DNA of 32,000 nt from Candidatus Iainarchaeum sp. (GCA_016205145.1 JACQJH010000002.1:240001-272000); one strand, 5' to 3'; positions 8,896-14,641 are shown, counted from the first letter of the stretch. Notes: generated by a model not told the origin, from the letters alone. Numbers and translations are program-made.

Positions 8896-9516
8896 TCAGC
8901 CAGCCTCCGCAATGGCTTTTTCTTCCTCGCAACCGGCCTTCAGCCATGAAAGCATTTCTTCCAAATCCGAAACCCTCTGGCCGTCAACCGGCCACAAAAC
9001 ATCGCTGTTTGAAATGTTGCCAAGCCCGGAATAAACCGCAGGATAGTTTGATTCCAATGACACCATGCCCGCTTCAAGTTTTTGCGACGAGGACAGAGCG
9101 CTTTTTGCGTTTGAAACGGTTTGTTCAAGCAAAGGAATGCTGGGGCACAATTCCACGGACTCATAAGCGGAATCATATGCTGCTTCAAATTCCAGCGAAG
9201 ACGCGACAAACTTTCCAGTGTCCTGCCCCGCGTCAACCGCGCTTGCGGCAACCTTTGCCGCTTCTGCCCATCGGCCCCGGTTGGTTGACGCAAAACCCTC
9301 AAGCCTTTTTTTCAAGGCAGATGCTTCGGCATCATCCAAAAGCATTGCGGATTCCACAACCAAGCCTGATGCAGGGCTTACGCCAGCATCGGAAAGAATT
9401 GCCTGAAACTTCTGTTCCGCGGACATTGGCTTCGTTGGCGGCAGGAAAAAAAAGTATAATCCCAAAAGCAATGCTATGACCGCGATGCCAACCAAGGCTT
9501 TTACAAGAAAACCCAT
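8896..9516 (-). CDS. Small signal-anchored protein S2 (206 aa), S family
   Basis: N-terminal TM helix (LVGIAVIALLLGLYFFFL). Conserved blocks LKKRLEGFASTNRGRW, LCPSIPLLEQTVSNAKSALSSSQKLEAGMVSLESNYPAV and LKAGCEEE match S1 and S3. Confidence 0.85.
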   Translation of the reverse strand: MGFLVKALVGIAVIALLLGLYFFFLPPTKPMSAEQKFQAILSDAGVSPASGLVVESAMLLDDAEASALKKRLEGFASTNRGRWAEAAKVAASAVDAGQDTGKFVASSLEFEAAYDSAYESVELCPSIPLLEQTVSNAKSALSSSQKLEAGMVSLESNYPAVYSGLGNISNSDVLWPVDGQRVSDLEEMLSWLKAGCEEEKAIAEAG

Positions 9517-9528
9517 CTGCTCAGCCTA

Positions 9529-10791
9529 TTAATCTACCGCTTTCGAAAGAACGCCTTGAGTACGTGCCTGACAAGAAAGCGCGCCATCTGGGTTGGCACA
9601 ATTAAAGGTGGCACCGGAATAAACCGCGCCATTGGAATATAATGCCCCAAGCTTCCAGCCGCCCAGCGGCACTGACACAGTGTATTGATAGAATTTCTGG
9701 CCGCCAAACGTGAAAATCTTTGCCCTGCCGCTCGCATCAGTCCTCGCAAATTTGTCGGTCTCCACAATAGGCGTGTCATCCGAATTGCGAATCCTCAAAA
9801 CATCAACCGTTACACTGCCGCCTGGCGCAGGCACATAAACGTAAGCAGGGTAAATCGGTTGACCGCTAGTCTGCTGCAAGGCCGGCGCGGCGGGCGCTGG
9901 CGTGGAACCGCCGGACCCCGGTGCATTGCCTGCCGGCGGAGCAGAAGCCCCGGCATTCTGGGCTTTGGCAATTGCTGCCCCTGCCTGAGTCTTAAGCGCT
10001 TCAGAAATCGCAGAACACGGATTTTGCCCCGAAATTGTCGAACCCTGAGCCAAAAGGAGGTCATTCCAGCGTATCCCGCCTTTTGCCTGCGAAGCGTTCA
10101 GCACAATGGTTATTTCGCCGTTCAAATTAGAAACATATTTGAGAGTAGCCGGATTGTTTTTCAGATTGCTTATATATCCGTGCACGCCACCCCTTGATTC
10201 CGCCCACGTTGCAATGGTGAAGCTTACGGGTTGCGTTCCAATCGAAGTCCACCGCGCATCAGCACCCGCTTCCTGAACTTCAATATTCGCGGTAACTGGC
10301 GCATTTGTGTTGAACGTCCAATCACGATAAGAAGGCATGACCACTTGCCGGGCAATTATCTTATAGAATCCGGATTGGCCTTTCCCGTCTTCGGAAGGTG
10401 AAAAAGGGCAAATGTTTGCAAAGCCGTTTGCGACAAAGGCTTGGTCCCCCGTGGGCCTTGCACCATAACGATAACCCAAAAAACCCAAAGCGCCGACTAA
10501 ACCGGATCCAACAAGTCTGCCGATAACAGCCTTTGCGGTCAGTCCGGCTGCCCCTTTAGCAAGACCGCTTGCCAGCCAGCCGCCGGGAATAAAAACACCA
10601 ACAAGGACAGATACGCCAGTAACACCCCACGCAACGTACCTTTCACCCTGATTTATCGTCCAGCCCGTCACGTTTGCAGTGTGCGCGTTATCAGGGTAGG
10701 TCACGCCTTTTATCGTGGCAAACGCGTAGGAAGAACTCAACAGGATGAAAGCGGAAAAAAGGACCAAAAAGTTTGTGAAGCGCATTTTCAT
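9529..10791 (-). CDS. Secreted/membrane protein L1 (420 aa), L family
   Basis: Signal peptide ending YAFA-T, then a VTGW motif and a Gly-rich hydrophobic region (GWLASGLAKGAAGLTAKAVIGRLVGSGLVGALGFLGY). The domain is homologous to L2. Linker ASAPPAGNAPGSGGSTPAPAAP. C-terminal module PAYVYVPAP...KFYQYT...ATFNCANPDGALSC. Confidence 0.85.
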   Translation of the reverse strand: MKMRFTNFLVLFSAFILLSSSYAFATIKGVTYPDNAHTANVTGWTINQGERYVAWGVTGVSVLVGVFIPGGWLASGLAKGAAGLTAKAVIGRLVGSGLVGALGFLGYRYGARPTGDQAFVANGFANICPFSPSEDGKGQSGFYKIIARQVVMPSYRDWTFNTNAPVTANIEVQEAGADARWTSIGTQPVSFTIATWAESRGGVHGYISNLKNNPATLKYVSNLNGEITIVLNASQAKGGIRWNDLLLAQGSTISGQNPCSAISEALKTQAGAAIAKAQNAGASAPPAGNAPGSGGSTPAPAAPALQQTSGQPIYPAYVYVPAPGGSVTVDVLRIRNSDDTPIVETDKFARTDASGRAKIFTFGGQKFYQYTVSVPLGGWKLGALYSNGAVYSGATFNCANPDGALSCQARTQGVLSKAVD

Positions 10792-10815
10792 AATAATTCA
10801 CGTTGCATAGTTTTT

Positions 10816-11430
10816 TTATTCTTGATTGGCGTCAAAGTTAACTTCCGGGTTTTCGCAGTCGGCTTTGAGGCCCGCATTGAAAGTTTCGGATTCCGAAATC
10901 GTTTCCTGCGTCGGCGCAACAAGCCCGTCGCCCTCGGCCAAAATCTTCACTGAAGAAAGAACATTCGGATAATTCTTTTCAAGCGATTTTATTTTCGATT
11001 CAAAAACGGTTTTTGACTGCGCCAGCTTTTTTGAAACATCAACAAAGCTTTGCAACGAATCCATGCCGGGGCACAGGTCGGGCCAGTCCGACATTCCTGT
11101 AAAAAGCGCGGCGCGCCCGTTCGACGAATTGATGAAAACCGCGTAATTTTCTGAATAGTCCACCAAAGATGAAAGTGCGGAGCCCATTTCCTTCCATCCC
11201 CCGCTTTGCCCGGCCGAAAATTCTTCCAAATCAGCTTTCAATGCCAGGCGCTTTGAAGATTCAAGCACCATGGTTTTGTCGGCAAGGTAATCGGATTCCG
11301 CGTTTACGCCGTATTTGGCGTAAACCGATTTGAGTTCAGTGAAAGCGCCTGCAGGACCGGAAAAAAACAGCACGTATCCCGCGGCCAAAACCGCCAAGAC
11401 AACGATTGCAACCAAAAATTTGTTCGCCAT
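10816..11430 (-). CDS. Small signal-anchored protein S1 (about 204 aa), S family
   Basis: The track ORF is 10816..11472 and starts at a TTG. The in-frame ATG at 11430 (MANKFLVAIVVLAVLAAGYVLFF) gives a normal signal anchor and leaves room for the TATA-like box at 11474-11481. Conserved blocks LKADLEEFSAGQSGGW, LCPGMDSLQSFVDVSKKLAQSKTVFESKIKSLEKNYPNV and LKADCENPE. Confidence 0.8.
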   Translation of the reverse strand: MANKFLVAIVVLAVLAAGYVLFFSGPAGAFTELKSVYAKYGVNAESDYLADKTMVLESSKRLALKADLEEFSAGQSGGWKEMGSALSSLVDYSENYAVFINSSNGRAALFTGMSDWPDLCPGMDSLQSFVDVSKKLAQSKTVFESKIKSLEKNYPNVLSSVKILAEGDGLVAPTQETISESETFNAGLKADCENPEVNFDANQE

Positions 11431-11473
11431 TTTCCCGCCGTTTTGCTTTTCGTTAATTACATTGGTTTGCAAG

Positions 11474-11481
11474 TATAAAAA
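11474..11481 (-). promoter_or_regulatory. Candidate archaeal TATA box (minus strand tATTTTTATAc) upstream of S1
   Basis: The reverse complement of 11471-11486 is gaatATTTTTATActt. It lies 44 nt upstream of the ATG at 11430 and just downstream of the collagen-like gene stop (11493). Confidence 0.4.
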
Positions 11482-11492
11482 TATTCGTTTTT

Positions 11493-12368
11493 TCAGGGCA
11501 CGCGCCTTTGCATTCTAATCGGTTTTTTTTTGCCCCACAAGCCTTTCACTATTGCCTGCCTTCCGCGCACAGCCGAAACCCTTGGCGTCAAAACGGTCCT
11601 GCCGGCGGTGCGCACGGCGCCAGTAATTGCCCTTCCGGTTCCCCTTGCAAGCCTTCTTCCAAAACCCGGACCGGATGGCGCGGCTCTGACTGTTCCAGGC
11701 AAATCAACGTATCTTCCCCGGATTCCATTCATCCGCGCGTCAACTCCTGCAAGCGCCCGCCTGAAAGCTGACATGTGCTTTGGAGCGTAAGACCTTGGGC
11801 CTCTTTGTGCGATTCGTTCGCGTTGTGCGCGCAACGCATTGTAGGCTCTTGCATCCCTTGGACTCATTGTCAGGCCATGCTGCGTGCCAACGTAATGCGA
11901 GCCGGAAAACTGCCTTGCCGGATTCTCGGCCGCCTTGCCTTGCTCGCCGCGCTCGCCCTGCAGGCCTTGGGGACCGGGTTCGCCTTGCACGCCCTGCAAG
12001 CCCTGCAAACCTTGTTCACCACGCTCACCCTGCAGGCCAGGCAAGCCGCCACCGCCTCCACCGCCAGCAGGCGCAGGACCTGGAGCAGGACCACCACCAG
12101 CAGGAGGGCTTGACGCCGGAGCAGGCGGCATAACGGGTGGCACTGGTGCCGGAGCAGGAGGAACAGGAGTCGGAGTTGGCGCAGGCGCTGGCGTGCGCGC
12201 GGCCCGTGCAGCCAAGGCAGCTTGCCTTTTCTCACGCCAAACAGGCCTTCGCCCCTTAAGCCCAAAAACCGGGCCGACCGGCGTCTTGGACAAAGCCCAG
12301 TCAACCGGCGCGGTTACAACCTTGGCGCCAAGCTTAGCAGTTTTCCACACCGCACCAAGAATGCCCAA
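11493..12368 (-). CDS. Collagen-like repeat protein (291 aa) with a Pro-rich spacer and a basic Arg-rich C-terminal half
   Basis: ORF with a TTG start at 12368, preceded by GGTGG 6 nt upstream on the minus strand. It has an amphipathic N-terminus, a P/A/T/V-rich stretch and a G7 run. Thirteen uninterrupted G-X-Y triplets follow (GLPGLQGERGEQGLQGLQGVQGEPGPQGLQGERGEQGKA). It is co-directional with its neighbours. Confidence 0.75.
   Translation of the reverse strand: MGILGAVWKTAKLGAKVVTAPVDWALSKTPVGPVFGLKGRRPVWREKRQAALAARAARTPAPAPTPTPVPPAPAPVPPVMPPAPASSPPAGGGPAPGPAPAGGGGGGGLPGLQGERGEQGLQGLQGVQGEPGPQGLQGERGEQGKAAENPARQFSGSHYVGTQHGLTMSPRDARAYNALRAQRERIAQRGPRSYAPKHMSAFRRALAGVDARMNGIRGRYVDLPGTVRAAPSGPGFGRRLARGTGRAITGAVRTAGRTVLTPRVSAVRGRQAIVKGLWGKKKPIRMQRRVP
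11931..12047 (-). repeat. Collagen-like (G-X-Y)x13 coding repeat
   Basis: Residues 108-146 of the 291 aa ORF. The first codons were checked base by base (12045-47 ggc G, 12042-44 ttg L, 12039-41 cct P). The DNA shows recurring ctgcaggcc/ctgcaagcc units. Confidence 0.85.
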
Positions 12369-12404
12369 AAAAAACCACCAAACCTATTTTTGCTACACGG
12401 GCCT

Positions 12405-13580
12405 CTAGACGCCCCCACTATCTTGTTCGCGTTCCAGTTGAGCCTTTAATGTATCCCTGCGTTGCCGCAAATCTGCAAGCGCGGCTTTAGCAGCATCTAC
12501 GTTCGCAGGCAAAACAGACAACTGCTCATCCAAGCGCTGCTTAGTGCCCGGAATTGCCTCCAAAGCCTGTTGAGCCAGCTTATACCGGCGTGCACCCTCT
12601 TGCTTCCACTGTCCCGCCAAACGCACCCGTTCCTCCGGACTTGAAACCGCCCACTCCCACCGCTGCCTCAACCAACGCCCATCAGCAAACGCCAGTGCAG
12701 CCACTTGAGCACGATGCGCATCCGCCCCTCTCTGCAACAAGCCATCCGATTCACGCTTAACCCTTGCAAGAGTAGCCTCCAAATCCTGCAAAGCCCTATC
12801 AGCACCCGCAACAGCCCTGTCGGCTTCCCTTAACGGCGCCAATCGGTCGCGCTCAGCCCGGCCGGCCCGCACAGACGCAGTGGCACTTGCAACACCGCTT
12901 CTCGCGGCAGTCAGCAACTTGCGCGCAGGACCCTGTTCGCCTGCAGGCCTTTGCCTTCTGCTCTGGTCTTCCAATAATGGCGGTGGTGCAGGAGATTCGA
13001 TTCCAGCCCGCGCACTATGCTCTAGCAAGCCAAGCTGGCCGCCCAAAGCCACGACTCGTCGGCGCAATTGCAATAGTTGGTGTAACGATTCCGCGGGAAG
13101 CTCAGTCCGGGAAACATCCCGAAGCTGGCGTTCTAAATCTATAAGCGTAGTAATAGCCATTTGTAACTCAGAGCCTATTTGCTGGCGTTCCTCATTCCGG
13201 CGCTCCGATTCAAGCATCCGCCGGCCGCTTGAAGTAAGCCGCATAACAGCCACTTGACTGGAAGTGCGATTTGGAATGGGTTCCATTAGTGTCGGAGCAA
13301 TTTGCTCCCAAGCACTCATCACTTCCCAGGCACCGGCGCGTAGCTCGCGCACAGCAGCCAGCCTAGCATGCGCTTCAGCGGCACCAGACTCAGCGACATG
13401 CTCGACATGCGCTTCAGGCTCTCCCAAATCCTCGCCCCGAAGATTGGCGCGAGCCCACGCCGCTGCAACATCCGGATCCCAATGTTCAGTGAAACGCGGG
13501 TCGCTCACATGCTGCCTGCGCCTTCTTCCGCCTTGGCCCTTGCCAGGACCCCCGCCTTCACGCGGCGGTTCACTAGCCAT
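12405..13580 (-). CDS. Arg/Ala-rich coiled-coil protein (391 aa), paralog A
   Basis: No signal peptide. The C-terminal ~155 aa align clearly with the 288 aa neighbour (RDRLAPLREADRAVAGADRALQDLEATLARVK...GRWLRQRWEWAVSSPEERVRLAGQW vs RRRLAPLRAANRAVSGAEKTLQGLEATLKRAR...GHWLRQRWERLVSNPEEKARLAEQW). No family recognised. Confidence 0.8.
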   Translation of the reverse strand: MASEPPREGGGPGKGQGGRRRRQHVSDPRFTEHWDPDVAAAWARANLRGEDLGEPEAHVEHVAESGAAEAHARLAAVRELRAGAWEVMSAWEQIAPTLMEPIPNRTSSQVAVMRLTSSGRRMLESERRNEERQQIGSELQMAITTLIDLERQLRDVSRTELPAESLHQLLQLRRRVVALGGQLGLLEHSARAGIESPAPPPLLEDQSRRQRPAGEQGPARKLLTAARSGVASATASVRAGRAERDRLAPLREADRAVAGADRALQDLEATLARVKRESDGLLQRGADAHRAQVAALAFADGRWLRQRWEWAVSSPEERVRLAGQWKQEGARRYKLAQQALEAIPGTKQRLDEQLSVLPANVDAAKAALADLRQRRDTLKAQLEREQDSGGV

Positions 13581-13606
13581 CCCGGTTCACCAGCCGGATT
13601 AATTCA

Positions 13607-13630
13607 CTAGTCATCTTACTAGTCATCTTA
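13607..13630. repeat. Perfect tandem duplication of the 12-mer ctagtcatctta (x2) in the leader of paralog A
   Basis: 13607-13618 equals 13619-13630. A degenerate third copy (cactagccatcc, 13571-13582) overlaps the ATG of the 391 aa gene. Confidence 0.9.
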
Positions 13631-13653
13631 TCACATGATAAATGGTTTAATCT

Positions 13654-13668
13654 CCTATTTAATTCTTG
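13654..13668 (-). promoter_or_regulatory. 15 bp exact repeat cctatttaattcttg (minus strand caagaATTAAATAgg), TATA-like, upstream of paralog A
   Basis: Identical 15-mer at 14627-14641. On the minus strand it contains ATTAAATA preceded by a purine-rich, BRE-like aagaa. It lies 74-88 nt upstream of the ATG at 13580. Confidence 0.45.
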
Positions 13669-13708
13669 GCGTGAAAGCCAAAATTGGCAAGCCAAAACGA
13701 AAACGATT

Positions 13709-14575
13709 TCAGTTTCGTTCGCTGTCTTTGACTCCAAGCTCGGCGCGCAAAGTCTCTCTCTCGGACTGCGATTGTTCTAGCTTGGCCTGTGCCTCGGCTA
13801 TTTTCGAGGGCAGTTCATCCAATTGTGTTTCCAATCGCGCCCTAAGCCGCGGAATTTCAGCCAATTCCCGTTCGGCTAAAGCGTGGAGCCTTTCACCTTC
13901 GCGCATCCATTGCTCCGCCAAACGCGCCTTTTCCTCCGGATTTGAAACCAACCGTTCCCATCGCTGCCTGAGCCAGTGCCCATTCTTCCATGCCCGTGCC
14001 TTAACCAAGGCACGGTTCGCATTAGCCTCCCGTTGCGATAAACCATCAAATTCAAGCCGGGCTCTTTTGAGAGTAGCCTCCAAACCCTGCAAAGTTTTTT
14101 CAGCGCCTGAAACGGCCCTGTTGGCTGCCCTCAGCGGCGCCAATCGCCTGCGCTCAGCCAGCCTGCCTCTCACAAAAGTGCCAACACCTCGAATGCCGCG
14201 GCCTGTGCCGGCCAGGAGATCGCGGACGCCACGCTTGGGTGGCAATAAATTTAATCCCCTTGCCGTTCCATTGCGCGGGCGGCCCCTGCCTTGGCCCCTG
14301 CCAGGCGTCACACGCATGCCGGGTTCCTGATGCACACTAGAAAAATCCCCTGGCCCGGGAAAAACGGGTGGAATGTAAGGCGGTTGCCTTCTCCTTTCGC
14401 CCGGTAATGGTGCGGGTTCAAACCGGATAGGCGCCGTTGCGGGGTCCACGGCGCGCTGTCTGGGGCGCTGCCGGAAACCTGTTGCCGGACGGAAATCTGA
14501 TTCGCTTATCACGCCGTGGTCAACAAGCACTTGACCCAAAGTCTTCCTAGGCCTTTGGGGAGGAGTTTCAGCCAA
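13709..14575 (-). CDS. Arg-rich coiled-coil protein (288 aa), paralog B
   Basis: Pro/Arg/Gly-rich, probably disordered N-terminal half. The C-terminal coiled-coil domain is homologous to the 391 aa protein. No signal peptide. Confidence 0.8.
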   Translation of the reverse strand: MAETPPQRPRKTLGQVLVDHGVISESDFRPATGFRQRPRQRAVDPATAPIRFEPAPLPGERRRQPPYIPPVFPGPGDFSSVHQEPGMRVTPGRGQGRGRPRNGTARGLNLLPPKRGVRDLLAGTGRGIRGVGTFVRGRLAERRRLAPLRAANRAVSGAEKTLQGLEATLKRARLEFDGLSQREANANRALVKARAWKNGHWLRQRWERLVSNPEEKARLAEQWMREGERLHALAERELAEIPRLRARLETQLDELPSKIAEAQAKLEQSQSERETLRAELGVKDSERN

Positions 14576-14626
14576 GCAAAATCACTTCAAAAAAAACCAC
14601 GTTCTGCAATATCAACTTCCTTTCTG

Positions 14627-14641
14627 CCTATTTAATTCTTG
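14627..14641 (-). promoter_or_regulatory. Second copy of the 15 bp repeat cctatttaattcttg, TATA-like, upstream of paralog B (may also serve the divergent + gene)
   Basis: Exact match to 13654-13668. It lies 52-66 nt upstream of the ATG at 14575 and 60-74 nt upstream of the + strand ATG at 14701. Confidence 0.45.

Noticed and set aside
6745-11472. S proteins as archaeal type IV pilin-like proteins (class III signal peptides)
   Set aside because: Only S2 has a K-A-L arrangement resembling a PibD/FlaK cleavage site. S1 (NK-F) and S3 (RK-I) lack the [KR]-[GA] motif, and no pilus ATPase, platform or peptidase genes are nearby. A plain signal anchor is the simpler reading.
11935-12408. + strand ORF (157 aa, PCxP/Pro-rich), and ORFs 11775..12113, 11780..12133 and 11870..12304, overlapping the collagen-like gene
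   Set aside because: These are antisense or alternate-frame readings of a GC-rich repetitive segment. The minus-strand frame gives 13 perfect GXY triplets and is co-directional with tight spacing to its neighbours.
11493-14575. GC-rich segment as an integrated provirus
   Set aside because: There is no integrase, capsid, terminase, portal or att-like flanking repeats in the window. The flanking ggtttttttt (11521-11530) / aaaaaaaacc (14591-14600) inverted match is just homopolymer. I kept it only as a foreign-origin hypothesis in the findings.
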